64,000 nt of DNA from the human T2T-CHM13v2.0 reference genome, Homo sapiens (GCF_009914755.1 NC_060927.1), one strand, 5' to 3'; shown: positions 13,901 through 27,916, numbered from the stretch's first letter. Notes: generated by a model not told the origin, from the letters alone. Made by a program: numbers and translations.

Positions 13901-15851
13901 ATTGTGCTAAAAGATTATTTCGAGTTTTAAAAAATGATTCAAATGTCTCCACTTGAAAGATTTCCCTGAGAAAAGATAATTCTGAGATATGAAGGAACAG
14001 TTGTCATTATAAATATAGATTCATCATAAATATATTGTACTTTTTAAAATGCATGTTTTTTTTAATAATTTCAACTTTTATATTCAAGGAGTACATGTGA
14101 AGGTTTGTTACCTAGGCATATTGCATGATGCTGAGGTTTGGGGTACAAGTGAATCTGTCACCCGAGTACTGAGCATAGTAGCCAATAGTTAGTTTTTCAG
14201 CTTTTGTCCTCATCTCTCCCTATTCCCTCTAGTAGTCCCTAGTGTCTATTGTTGCCATCTTTATGTCCATGAGTACCCATTGTTTAGCTCCCACTTACTT
14301 ATAAATGAGAACATGTGGTACATTAATATAGGAACATACAAAAAGCATGACAAAGCTCAGAAAGTAAGTTACAAATACATACATGTTCCTGTATTAATTC
14401 ACTTAAGATAATAGCATCCAGTTGCATTTGTGTTGCTACAAAGGACATGATTGCATTCTTTCTTATGGTTGCATAACATGTATCACATTTTAAAATCTAC
14501 CATTGATAGGCATCTGGGTTGACTCCATGTCTTTGCTATTGTGAATAATACTGTGATGAACATATGAGTGCATGTGTGGTTTTGGTAGAATGATTGTTTT
14601 TGGATATATACCCAGTAACGGGATTGCTGGGTCAAATGGTTCCTCCGTTTTAAGTTCTTTGAGAAATCTCCAGATTGCTTTCCACAGTGGCTGGACTAAT
14701 TTACATTGCCTCTAGCGATGTATAAGCCTTCCCTTTTCTCTGCAACCTCACCAGCATCTGTTATTTTTTGATTTTTTAATAATAGCCATTCTGCCTGTTG
14801 TAAGATGGCGTCTCATTGTGGTTTTGGGCATCTCATTGTGGTTTTGATTTGCATTTCCCTAATGATTACTGATATTGAGCATTGTTTCATATACTTGTTG
14901 GCCACATATATGTCTTCTTTTGAGAAGTGTCTGTTCATGTCCTTCACCCATTTTTTAGTAGGTTGTTTGGTTTTTGCTTTTGATTTGTTTGAGTCCCTTA
15001 TAGATTCTGAATATTTGACCTTTGTCTGATGCATAGTTTGTGAATATTTCCTGTTATTCTGTAGTTTGTCTGTTTACTCTGTTGATAGCTTTTTTGTTGT
15101 TGTGCAGAAGTGCTTTAGTTTAATTAGGTCCACTTGTCAATTTTTCTTTTTGCTATAATTGCTTTTGAGGACTTAATCATAAATTCTTTCCCAAGACCAA
15201 TGTCCAGAATGGTGTTTCCTAGGTTTTCTTCTATGATTATTATAGTTTGAAGTCTTACATCTAAATCTTTAATCCATCTTGATTTAATTTTTGTCTATGG
15301 TGAAAAGTAAGGGGTCCAGTTTTATTCTTCTGCATATAGGTAGCAGGCAATCCAAGCACCATTTAAAGGGAGTCCTTTCCCCATTGCTTATTTTCATCAA
15401 CTTTGTTGATGATCAGATGGCTGTAGGTGTGCAGCTTGATTTCTGGGTTCTCCATTCTGTTCCATTGGTCTGCGTCTGTTTTTGTACCAGTATCATGCTG
15501 TTTGGGTTACTGTAACATTATAGGATAGTTTGAAGTTGGGTAATGGGATACCTCTGGCTTCTTTCTTTTTGCTTAGGATTGCTTTGGTTATTTGGGCTCT
15601 GTTTGGGTTCCATACGAATTTTAGAATTTTTTTTTTTCTAGTTCTGTGGAAAACGATGTTGGTAGCTTGACAGGGATAGCATTGAATCTGTAGATTTCAT
15701 TGAGCAGTATGGCCATTTTAACAATATTGATTCTTCCAAACTGTGAGCATGGAATGCTATTCCATTTGTTCCTGTCATCTCTGTTTTATTTTAGCAGTGT
15801 TTTGTAGTTTTCCTTGTAGAGATCTTTCACTTCCTTGGGTATACGTATACC

Positions 15852-15856
<5 letters not shown>

Positions 15857-15887
<31 letters not shown>
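15857..15887. repeat. (TG)15 microsatellite inside L1
   Basis: Read directly. Confidence 0.95.
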
Positions 15888-15888
<1 letters not shown>

Positions 15889-16684
15889 TATTGTAAATGG
15901 GATTGCATTCTTGATTTGGCTCTTGGCTTGAATATTATTGATGTATAAAAATGCTACTGATTTTTATCAGTTCCAGGGGACTTTTGGTGGAATCTTTAGG
16001 GTTCTTTAGGTATAGAATCATATCGCCAGTAAAGAGAGAGAATTTTACTTCTTTTCCTATTTGGATGTCTTTTATTTCTTTCTCTTGCCTTATTGCTCTG
16101 GAAAGGACTTCCTGTACTATGTTGAATAGGAGTGGTGAGTGTGGATATCCTTGTCTTGTTCCAATTCTCAAGGGAAATGCTTTCAGTTTTTACCCATTCA
16201 TTATGACACTGGCTATGGCTTTGTCATAAATGGTTATTATGTTGAGGTATATTCCTTTGATGCCTAGTTTGCTGAGGGCTTTTAACATGAAGGGATGTTG
16301 GATTTCACCAAAAGCTTTTTCCTCATCTATAGTGGTGATCATATGGTTTTTGTTTTTTTAATTCTGTTTATGTGAAGTATCACATTTATTGATTTGTGTA
16401 CATTGAACTAACAGAGGTCTAGAAGTGCTTATGAATCTGGATGCTCTGGTGTTGTGTGTTTATTTATATATTTAGGATAGTTAAGCCTTCTTGTTGAATT
16501 GAACCCTTTATTGTTATGTAATTCCCTTTGTCCTTTTTACTGTTATTGGTTTAAACTCTGTTTTATGTGATATAAGAATAGTGACCCCTGCTTTTTTGTG
16601 TGTTCTGTTTGTGTGATAGATCTTTCTTCAACCCTTTACTTTGTGCCTGTGTGTGTCATTACATGTGAGAGATTGATCTCTTGA

Positions 16685-17034
<350 letters not shown>

Positions 17035-18599
17035 CACACTGTGATTTTTAAGGGGGGAATTTATATTAAAGTTAATATGGATATGTAAGATTTTGATCCT
17101 GTCATGAAGTTAGTTGGTTGCTTTGTAGTTTCTATTGTGTGGTTGCTTTATAGGGTCTGTGAAGTGTGCACTTAAGTGTGTTTTTGTGGTAGCAGGTATC
17201 ATTCTTTCATTTCCATGTTTAGAACTCTCTTGAGGATCTCCTATATGGTTGATCTAGTGGTAGTGAATCCCTTAGTGATCACTTACCTGGATATAATTTT
17301 ACTTTTCCTTCACTTTTGAAGTGTAGTTTGGTGAGATATGAAATTCTTCATTGGAATTTCTTTTCTTTAAGAATGCTGAAAATAAGCCCCCAGTCTCTCC
17401 TGGCTTGTAAGATTTCTGCTGAGAAGTCTGTTAGTCCAATGGGGTTCCCTTTGTATTGTACAATTTTTATCTTTTATGCCTTAGATCAAAGATACGCTAG
17501 GTAGTCTCTGAATACCATTTAAAAATAAATTTATTAAAGTAGTTAAGGACAAATCCACAATGTGCAATTTATTCTCTTTCCAAGCCCAGTAACAAAAACA
17601 TGGCAACTATAATTGCAATGATGACGGCTAGATGGCTGGCAAATTGAAGTCTGTATCAGTTATGAGATGAAAATTTTATGCTCTCAACCAGAAGAGTGCA
17701 GTGCATAACATTTTAACCTCTACTTGGATGAAATTTACTGAAATGGATTTCATCAATGACAAATCAACAAGGAGACTGTTGTATCTTTCAGGAGCAAATG
17801 GGCAACAGGGAAGATGGATGGTTATGTGGAAGTGTATAATTATCTATTTTAGCTATCCTAAAACTAATAAATAAGCCCTTAAATGTCATTTGGAGAAAGG
17901 TGGATCAATTGCTTGCCCACTTGTTAACTTGATCTATCATCTTTTATAGGAGCACGTTAAAGACTTTGTTGATGCAACACAGTTGTATTTCACAATAGAA
18001 CTTAAGGCAGTTAGCCTTCATGAGACTGAAGGAATAAACTGATCATCTGAGCCTCATGTCATGATGGATGGCAGTTATGCAGAGATATATTCTAGTTGTC
18101 TTAAAAGCATTTATGGGTTTGCTTTCAAATACCATTGTCTCACACAACCTAGAAGTTAAACTCCAAAAGTTAAAAAAAATTAGAATTTTATGAACACTAT
18201 TTATTCATTGAAAGACTGAAACAGTATTAGTCTTCTCATGCTTAAGTCACTACGATGGCTTCATTTTCATTGCTGGCACATATAGTTTTCTTTATAGTCA
18301 TATTACCTCTTCATATTTATTCCTTAGTCTGGTGAAATTCCTGTGTGTGAATTGAACTTCATAGGTGATGGACTTCAAGAAAATGAGAAGTGCCCACAGA
18401 GGACAATTTCAAACTAAACTGTTGATAACAACTTTTAAGGCAAAAAGTAGTGTACTTGTAAGTCCAGTAGAAAGACAAAGCCCTTTATTCAGCCACTTCC
18501 TGTCCAGGGATCTCTCTCTCTCTCTGAGAGAACCTGAAGCTTCTATAGAGTTTATTATTTACAAAGTAACCACTTTAAGCCATTATCAGCAATGCCTGA

Positions 18600-18725
18600 C
18601 ATTTCTCTAAGGTTTATGAATTGCAAAGCATGTTTAAAAAATAATTTCACATTTGAGTCTCGCAATAACTCTGTGAAGTGTGTATTACTAATACCATTTT
18701 ACAGATAGAAAAACTTGGCCAAGGA
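18600..18725 (-). mobile_element. MIR fragment
   Basis: ataactctgtgaagtgtgtattactaataccattttacagatagaaaaact. Confidence 0.55.
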
Positions 18726-18847
18726 AACAGTGAATTTATCTTAAAATCAGGTTTGCAGACTAAAATTTCTCCAACATCATTAACCTAATTGATAAAATAT
18801 TTTCCCTTTCACTGATCCTTCTATATTTCTTATTTGGAAATTGAGAG

Positions 18848-19055
18848 CAGAGGTTGGCAAACTTTCTGTAAAGAGCCAGATAGTAAGTAAGACAACTACC
18901 TCGGTCACAACCACTCACCTCAGTCATTGTAGCAACAATAAGTCACTGCCAATAATTAAAATGAATAGGAATGGCTGCATTCCAGTAAAACTTTGTTTGC
19001 AAAACCAGGCTGGCCAGATTTGGCCCACAGGCTATCTGTAGGTTGCTGATACCAG
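18848..19055. mobile_element. MER58A hAT-Charlie MITE
   Basis: cagaggttggcaaactttctgtaaagagccagatagtaa...ggctgcattccagtaaaacttt...ggccagatttggcccacagg. Confidence 0.85.
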
Positions 19056-20389
19056 GTCTAGAGTAATGAATCTTACGAAGAGATAAATTCAACAGTGAAT
19101 CTATATAACCTGGGCATGTTTTCATATTCATATCCCTTTCACACACCTCACTTGGGTTTTTGTATTGAGACTCCTCACACATTTTGTTTTTTATGCAGAG
19201 TTCTTAGAAGGGACTACGTTGCACATTGCACCACAAAACATTTTAATTGTCACATTTAAGCATTTCTTCTATTTCCTTATGGCAGCTGCTACATCCTTCT
19301 CCAGGTCTCACCTCTCTTCTTACTTCAGACCATCTTTCTGAATTCTTTCTTGTCTCCTTGGCTGGTTGAGCTCCACCACCTTCCTATACAGTCCCCTGGA
19401 ACTTTCTGCCCCTTTTCTTCCAGGGAGTGATTTAGCTCTGTATCAGCTTCCTCATTTGCAACCTCACCCATCATCTTCTCTCAGCATATAAAGAGGGTCC
19501 TGGGAATCTACTCTCCATTGCAGGTGGGAGAAGGGGTGATTATTAATTTCAATGTTTTCCCTGATAAATGTATGTAAAGTGCTCAACCTAGTGCCTGACA
19601 TATGGTGGTGTTTACAAATGGCTCTCATTTTTGTATTATTAGGTACCTGGTAAAAGTTTGGGAGGTTATAAAGTATTATGAAAGTCTAAGACATCGACTA
19701 TTATTGTGGTGTTTAGAAACCATTACAAAGCCTAGGGGGCACAGAAGCTGTGGATTTAGGTCTTACCGAGGTGATGGCTTTCACAGTCACTAAGGGGTTT
19801 CTCAGTATAATTTTTTAGACTGAGCTAGCTTCCCCATAGAAAAGATTTGCTTGTTTTGTGCTAACTCAAACACTAAAGCATTTTGCTTAAAGACTTTGTG
19901 ACTTGAAGGAAAGATCTTCAAGTTGACAGCAGATTCAATGGGACCTGCCTCATGGAGATACATGTTTGCGTTCACAATGAATGAAGATCGTCAAACATGT
20001 TTACAGCCAATCATTTTGCAGAACAAGACTTTGTGGGTAGCACTGAAAAATCTGATGTTAAAATTTCATCCCATTTTTATACAGCTATCTTATGATAACA
20101 GATTATCACAATATTTTAAAGCAAACTGTCATGTGCAACAAATACAACAATTTTTTCAATCATCTTTAAAGCATTCTCCCACCCTTGCATTCATGCTGTC
20201 AAGCAAACATTTAAAAACTGCTTATTATGTGCCAGATGCCACATAGTAAGACATAGCCTATGCTCTGAAGGAGTACAGTCCAGTGGGAAAGACATCATTT
20301 ATGAAACAACTTTCAATAGCAGTATGTACAAGAGAAACCTTTAAGGTAGAGCGCTGTTGTGACTGTGACAGTGCTGGATATTCAAGGGG

Positions 20390-21000
20390 AGATTCATGGT
20401 TTCAAAACAATTTTGAAGTGGTTTACAAAGGATGGCAGGTAAAAACTAAATAGTGAAGAAAGTTCAGGCTAAAAAAAATAAGGGAATGAAAAGGCAGTTG
20501 AAATTAAATGTAAAGTTAGTGAACTAAAATGCATGGCATAAAATTTGCGCTTATTAAAGCTGACCTATACATTTGTTTCTGAGTTTCCTAGCAGCCAAAG
20601 CAAAGAGAAAAAAATGTGATCCTTTCTATGGTCAATGTATTCATATGACAAAACAAATTAATTATTTCAGGTAGATACCCAAGAGAAATGTATCTTTGAT
20701 TTCCTAATTGACCTCTGGTTCTCACTGTCCCTACATTAACCAAATAAATCTCATTTAGAGTTGTTTCTTATGCCTTCCTTCAAAGAGGTTAATGGAGTAA
20801 TAGCAAGGCAAAGGCAGCAAAAACTCTTGATAGTATTTCAGAACAACATCTCCAGCTTAACTGACATCTGCTTAATCCAAAGATTTGGTTTGTAGAATCT
20901 AGAGGAATCAATATTCCTATTATCGTCAAGAAATTCTCCTTGTCTTTTATTTTTCTTAACTGAGCTTTTGTAAGTAAAGGTATTAAAAATTTGAGTTTAT
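20390..21000. mobile_element. Ancient mammalian repeat (MamRep605-like)
   Basis: aaaatgcatggcat...atttgtttctgagtttcctagcagccaaagcaaagagaaa resembles the remembered consensus. Confidence 0.45.
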
Positions 21001-22149
21001 ACTGAGCAAATCTGAAATGGACTGTATTAAACTAGTGGAGACTGAATAGTCTCCAACTGGCAAAATCAGCTTCCCCTTTTTCTCTCATAAAATAATTTTA
21101 TGGAAATGGGGTGAAGGAGCTCATGAGGAAATAAAGGTCAGATATAGAAAAAACAGAGAAAACTATAATTTTAGTATGCCTCAGATTATGTAAATTTTTG
21201 CTCTGCTACATGTGTGTGTAAATACCTGTCTTCCAGGTCCTCAACTACTCTCGATGACAATAGTTTTTACATTTACAATAGCGATATGACCCCCTTCAAG
21301 GGACAGAGGAGGATAGGTTGACATTAGGTAAATTGGCTTGCCAAGTGCTCAAAATATGATTTTTCCTTTAGTGTTTAATATTATTATATAAAAATGGCTT
21401 ATAAAAATTAGTATTATTTAAAGTAACATTAAATAGTTAAAAAATTTTAAATAATGTATGTTTCTTACCATTTAGAAATGAAAGAACACTCTAAATAGCA
21501 TATATTTCAGTAATAAAACTTCATAATAAAATTTTTCTAGGCCTCATCAGAAGATGTCTTTAGGTACCATACATAGTTATAATTTGAAGCTATATTTCAT
21601 TAATGTCTTTGAAATTTTATTTTCCTCATAAAATTCATTTTTGTTCATTGGAGAAAATTTGAAAGTAGAAATATATAAAGAAGATAATAAACCTCACCTG
21701 TAATATTTCCACCCAGGATTACCCACTGTTGAAATTATACTCTATTTTAAACTAGTATTCTTTCAAATGCATACATATTTACATAATTGTGACTATATTT
21801 AATTCACTTGACTTTATATTGCAATAATTCTACCCTATATTATTAGAAGTCTCTTGTAAACATTGTTTTTTGGTGGCTGTGTATTACTCTACTGGGTAAG
21901 TGCATTATGAAGTTCTTAGTCATTTTCTATCATGAGTTCCCTGACATCTGGGGATTTGGGGACAAATAGTGGTAAATCACTTTGAATATTGCACCTTATC
22001 TCTATAATCTTGGCCCAGTATTTCACTGGAGTCAGACAAGCATGACCTCATCCCAGTTCCTGTGTTTCAGGGGGCCAACACTTTGTGGTGCCTTCCTTGA
22101 CATTTTCTAAGTCCTTCTCTAGTGCCTGGAACCAACCAAGGCCAACAGT

Positions 22150-22323
22150 CAAGGCTGGCTTGATGAGCTGCAACCTGTGCAGTCACACAGAGCCCCATGC
22201 TAAGAAGAGCCCCATGAGTTTAATACTCTGCTGCCACTTCCTTGGAATTTCAGATCATTTTAAAATAAGTCCTACCCTTTCATTTTGCACTGGGCCTCCC
22301 AATTACAGCATGTAGCCAGTCTA
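22150..22323 (+). mobile_element. MER91A hAT-Tip100 MITE
   Basis: gcaacctgtgcagtcacacagagccccatgctaagaagagcccc...tttcattttgcactgggcc. Confidence 0.8.
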
Positions 22324-23549
22324 GAGAATTATGTAATCTGGACTGGATGGCTGTATCTAAAGCAGAGCCTGATTCCTATATCTCCCTTTAAGGCTCTGTG
22401 CCTCTAACTCCCATGTGTGGTTGACCAGATGCCCTGAGAAGCTCTAGGATTTGTGCCTATGGGATTGTCTGGGGGCCTGGTTCTAGGAGAGGACCCTGGC
22501 AAGATGATTGCTGATACTAGAGGGTGTGGTATGTCTTTTGCAGGGTCAGGTGAGGCCAGGCTGCCAGAATGGTGCTGACACAGGAATTCTGGGTGACTCA
22601 AATTGCTTAGTCAGAGGCCCCACACATGCTGGGGGTGGCCCTGCTTTGGCCAGAGCACAAAGCACTATCCTCTGCTTTTAACTTTTGATTCTACTTCTCA
22701 CATTCCCATCTTCTACATCCTTCTCCCAGCTATTGTCTTGGTACGATCTATTTTGACTTTTGGGACAAGCTGAGAGTTCTGGAGAGTACCAGCTCTGATA
22801 TCATAGGAAGGGCAAGGTGGGCAGTAACAAGGTCACGGAAGGGCAGGAGGGCCTCTTTTCTGGCGGGGACTCTCCAAGGGCCTTGGCTGGGGCATTAGAT
22901 CCCACAGGCTTCAAGAACGTTAACAAGGGCTCTGCTCTGAGTCAGGACTTATTTATAAACTCTTAGTTAATTTCTCAATGTTATATTCAGAAGCTGAAAT
23001 TCCCACAATTGCTGGTATGAATGGAAAAGTCACAGCATATGGCAAGAGTGATGAATTTTAGGAAGCTTAAATTTTTCCTTTTCTCAAAGGCTCCTCAGCT
23101 GAGAAATCTCCAGTTTCTTCATTTATTCTTGCCAGTCGGGGATCAGCTCAGCTCAGCTCATGTCTTCTTATGAAGTTTTGGATGGTACGCTTGGAAGTGC
23201 CAGCTGCCCTAGGGGCTTTGAGCTGGGCACACTATGTATTTGGTGGGGGAGTGGGAAGCAGCGCAGACAGCCTGGAGAGTGTGTTAATGCCCAGAGGTCC
23301 AGTTTTTATTCCTGACCTGTGTTTGGCATCTGAGTCCTGCTGTACTAATTCAAGGCTCCTGATCCTGGGTTTTACTGTTATCTGCTATTTCTCTGACTTT
23401 GGTTTCTTGCCATTCCCAGAAGGAGAAATGTAGTCAAGGAGCATTTCCACATCAGAAGAGTCAAGGATGGCTTCTTGGAGATGTTGATTGCACACCCAAT
23501 GATTAGACATGGCAGGAAATTCACAAGATTATATCTATTTATGAAGCCA

Positions 23550-23850
23550 TCATTCATTCATTTATTCAATCATTCACTAAACATTTATTAAATCCTAGTT
23601 ACTTCCCTGGCACTGTGATGGGGGTTAGAAAAAGAAACAAGCATGCTTTTCCCCTTTGCAGGGATCACAAAATAATAGAAGAGCAAAACTACAAGGCAGT
23701 CTGAGAAGCCTAAATCAGAGATATATATCAAAGCACTGTGGAAACATAAAAGACGAAGCAATTTGTTCTCCTCGGAAGAAGGCAAGAGAAGCTATGCAAG
23801 CCTTCACAGAGGAGGTGATCTTTGAGCTGGGGCTTGAAGGAGGAATAGGG
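23550..23850 (-). mobile_element. L2 3' end
   Basis: (cattc)n tail, aacatttatt, ggcactgtg, ccttcacagaggaggtgatctttgagctggggcttgaagga. Confidence 0.8.
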
Positions 23851-24635
23851 TTGTGAGAGGTGATTTGCACTCACAAAATACGCATGTGCTCACCAACAGT
23901 TCCCAGCCTCCTTTGCTGTTAGATTGGAACCATGTGACTAGTTTTGGCCAATGGACTTTGAATGGAAGTGACAAGCTTCTAGGCAAAAGTAAAAGCCAGT
24001 GTACCTCATCCATTTATCTTTTCCACTTTGGCAGAGTCTGTGGCTGTGTGTTGAAATAGCAGAGCCTTGAGATGAGATCCTTGGATTACTGTATGGAAGA
24101 GAGCCACCTAGTAAAGACACTCAACTCACATTGAAGTTTGTATGAGTGAGAAAATCTCTGTTGTGGTAAGATACTGAGATTTTTTTTTAAGTTACTGATA
24201 TGGTTTGGCTGTGCCCCCACCCAAATCTCATCTTGAATTGTAGCTCCCATTATCCCATGTGTTGTCGGAGGGAACCTGTGGGAGGTAATTGAATCATGGG
24301 GGTGAGTTTTTCCCATGCTGTTCTCATGATAGTGAGTAAGTCTCATGAGATCTGATGGTTTTATAAAGGGCAGTTCCCCTGCACACACGCTCTTGCATGG
24401 TGCCATGTAAGACATGCCTTTGCTCCTCCTTCACCTTCTGCCATGACTGTGAGGCCTCCTCAGCCAAGTGAAACTGTGAGTTCATTAAACATCTTTTTTT
24501 CTTTATAAATTACCCAGTCTAGGGCATTTCTGCATGGCAGTATGAATACGGTTACTATATACTGCAGTATAATACAGTTACTGAGATTTAGGGTTACTTG
24601 TAATTACAAGTTAGTCAATCCTATTATGACTAATT
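23851..24635 (+). mobile_element. MLT1J-like MaLR LTR inserted in L2 and split by THE1
   Basis: ttcccagcctcctttgctgttag...ccatgtgactagttttggccaatgg...; resumes ctgagatttaggg after THE1. Confidence 0.75.
24196..24576 (+). mobile_element. THE1C-like solo LTR
   Basis: tgatatggtttggctgtg...aataca; 5-bp TSD gttac at 24191 and 24577. Confidence 0.92.
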
Positions 24636-24699
24636 TAAGGAGTTTCCCAAGTATATAAGGCGACATTTCAGAATGAGAAAAAAAAGTGGGTGAAAATTT

Positions 24700-24955
24700 G
24701 TGGAGATATTTCCTGAAGGGAAGGAAGCTAGTTTATTTTTCTGACAATTCCTTTCCATTCTTGGTTAAGGGCTGCTCCTAGAAGAAATGACTCTCTCTCT
24801 ACTTCTAGGCTGTTTTGTGCACAGGCTGAACATGCTCCTGTTGTTGGAGAAAACTCATAGGCAGAAATGTGTAGGTTCTTTTTGTAGAAAGCTGAAGGAG
24901 TATGTGGAAATGGTAAATGTCAAGGAGATGTGGGTGGAACACTGACAGCATTTTA
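24700..24955 (-). mobile_element. LTR16-family ERVL LTR fragment
   Basis: ttggttaagggctgctcct...ggagatgtgggtggaacactgacagcat. Confidence 0.5.
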
Positions 24956-25419
24956 CAGGTGATAATTGGAGGTAGCAACGCCTGTTTGCCTGCCTTTTAG
25001 TAATCCCTGGTGTAGATATCTAGACCAAATCATTTATGATTATCTTTAGAATGTGGGGTACTTGACCCCTCTTTGTCCTCTACTATGTGGCTTATCACCA
25101 ACTTTTGGGCAACAGAACATCTCTGTTAACATCCCATTATGCTGTTTGTAAACATTTTGTGTGAGATATTGGAGCCCAGAGGACCTGTGTCTTGTCTTTC
25201 AAATAATTAAGGCAGAGCCAGGACTAAACCATTAGTTTCCTGACTCCATGTTTAGCATTATTTTTCTCTCATTATTTGTTGGATTTTTGTTTTTGTTGTT
25301 GTTGTTGTTGCCATTGTTTTATTTATTTATTTATTTTTTTGGTCCTCTTTCTCAGCACTTCGATGGCCAGGTCCTTTCATTTCTTTAAAGAGAATTATGG
25401 AAATGTAGGACAGTGGTCA

Positions 25420-25655
25420 CATTCTTGAGGTAAGAGTCAGACTGCTTTGGTTAAATCCTCCTGCCCATTTTCACCTTCCACGCATTGCCACGCACTAGCT
25501 GTGGGACTTTGGGCAAGTCACTCACTCTCTCCCAAGCCTTAGTTTTCTGATCTGAAATGGCATAATAATAGCCACTGTGAAAAGTGAATAAGATGAGGCA
25601 TGTCCCACACTTAGCATCATGCCTGGCTCAGAGCACTTGTTCAGTAAGTGCTGGC
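25420..25655 (+). mobile_element. MIR SINE
   Basis: actagctgtgggactttgggcaagtcact...ccttagttttctgatctgaaatgg...cttagcatcatgcctggc. Confidence 0.8.
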
Positions 25656-26869
25656 TCTGTATGAAGCCAGTTTTCAGGAGGAGGCCTGACCAACCTTGTG
25701 AAGAAAATAAAATTGTCTCTGCCCTCAGAAGATTTTATTTTTTGTTGATTGTTCTTTCTAGCCACAAGTCTGCCCCTACTTCTCTCTGTGCCCCACTAGG
25801 GAGCCATATCCAGATTTTATCCATTCAGAGCCCTCTGACTGCTTACTTCTACCAAATCAAATCTTCTGGCATCCAAGCTTCCCTTTACAACAAAACGTGC
25901 AACTCATTCTTTCAAATCCACAACATCAGCTTGATTATCTGAAAGTTCATTTCTTTTTTCTAATGAAGAAGGTAAATGAATTAGTTTCAGATAATCTTAG
26001 GTGCATTTTAAGTTAGATGTTTTTGAGTCAACACCTTCTACTTCCCCATATTTTCCCACTTTATGCTATAAATCATGAAGGAATTCAATTGGTAAGAATT
26101 TATATCAGGGTAAGTAGATTAATGGGGTTAAACTCTCCTATCATTTTCTGGCTCACTTGGGCGTGTTATATAAAGATAAAAGCAGAAAAAGGACACGTGC
26201 AAACACATATAAGCAGAAGCACCAGAATGGATAATTTTGCCTTGGGCAAGACAAGAAATAGTAGCATCCACTCCAGCCCAGATATGGGCTTATCAATATG
26301 AAACTTCATAGAAATTTTAGGAAAGTTGAGGTCACTTAGTTTTAGCTTGTGATATACAAATTTTGTAGCCTGAGCAGAGATAAATATATTTTGGCAATTA
26401 TAAAGGTTCTATATCAGAGTACCAATGAAGATGTAACTCTGGTGATTTGTGATTCCATCACCAGCCCCTCAAGCTGTTTCTAGCCTCTTATTTATAGCTT
26501 TCCCGGGCTGTATATCTTATAAATACAAAACGAATGAAGTAGTGCAAATGAAAAAGCAGCTTTCCTTATGGCCTATTTACATCTCCTTGCTTGTCACCAG
26601 GGTAAATAAAGACACAGACACAGTCTTCTGATCTGTGGGGGATCTACTGAACTACTCCTGCAGTCCATAACATAAGAAAGCATGTTGGTGGACAGAGAAG
26701 GCCAGAGAGGCTGAGAGAGATGCTTGTGGCTTTTCAGTGTCCCAAATGAGCACAATTCTGAAGCTTGGAGGTAGTTATCTTTGATTTCATAGTACAGGAC
26801 AATCATAGCTTGGCCTTATAGATGTCTTCTGATGCCTCCATGAGTTCTGATGTCATGATGTGAAATACC

Positions 26870-27280
26870 TAAGGGGTAAATGGAATTATTAGTCCCAAAT
26901 CTTTACCTTCCTGAGATTCATACCACTTTCATTGTTTGTCATGGGTAGAATGCATTTTCTCATCCCTTGACTTGGGCTTGGCCATGTGACTTTGCTTTGG
27001 CTAATGGCACAAGACGTGACAGTGTATCAGTTCTGGGCCTAGGCCTGAGAAGGCCTTGTGCATTTTCATTTGCTTTCATGTGCCTATCTCATCATGAGAA
27101 AATAACCTGGATGTCTCATTCACTGGTTTAAGGAGGAAGAAAGATATGCAGAGCAGAGATGCTTAGATCATCCAACCCCCAGCCAACCTTCAGATGCCTA
27201 AGGGTTAGTTAGCAAATGTGGTTTTAAGCCAATGAGTTCTTGACAGATTTGTTTCACAGCCATAGCTGATGAATAAGATA
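26870..27280 (+). mobile_element. Old MLT1 (H/I-like) LTR
   Basis: cccttgacttgggcttggccatgtgactttgctttggctaatgg...gttttaagcc...tagctgatgaata. Confidence 0.7.
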
Positions 27281-27388
27281 TATAACTAAATAAATGAAAC
27301 CATTCTTAAGAAAGTTAATACTGTTAACTCACTGTAAACTTTAACATGTTTAAGCTTAGAATCCCTACTTTTTCTTTGAATTGCCCAC

Positions 27389-27796
27389 AGCTATGATTTG
27401 AATGATGGTGTCTCTTCCAAAATTCATGTTGAAACTTAATCATCAATGCAATAGTATTAAGAGGTGTGGCTTTTGTGAGGTGATTAAGTCATGAGGGCTG
27501 CACCCTTATGAATGGGATTAGTACCTTTATAAAAGGGCTTGGGGTTGAAGGGAGTACTCTCTTGCATTTCCATTACTTCCCCCACATGAGGACACAGCAT
27601 TCCTCCCCTCCAGAGGATGCAGCAACGAGATGCCACCGTGAAACAGGGAGTAGTTTTCATCAGACACTGACCCTCCTAGCTAGTACCTTGATTGTGAACT
27701 TCCCAGACTCCAGAACTAGGAAAAATAAATTACTGGTGTTTATAAGTTACCCAGTCTGATGTATTCTGTTATAACAGCACATACGGACTAAAATAC
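27389..27796 (+). mobile_element. MSTC/MSTD-like MaLR solo LTR
   Basis: gctatgatttgaatg...ccaaaattcatgttgaaacttaat...aataaattactggtgtttataagttacccagtct...acggactaa. Confidence 0.85.
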
Positions 27797-27916
27797 CTGC
27801 AAACACTGTTACTTGTTTCTCTTGAGGGGGGATCATTTTTTCACAAAGAAACAAAATTTCTGACTAAAGTCTAGAAATAGAAAAGACATCTTGTTGTATG
27901 GTGATCTTTCCTTAAT

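Noticed and set aside
15935-16171. Reverse-transcriptase-like peptide as a functional gene
   Set aside because: It is a decayed L1 ORF2 remnant: catalytic FADD is mutated to FTGD, with frameshifts and a large deletion.
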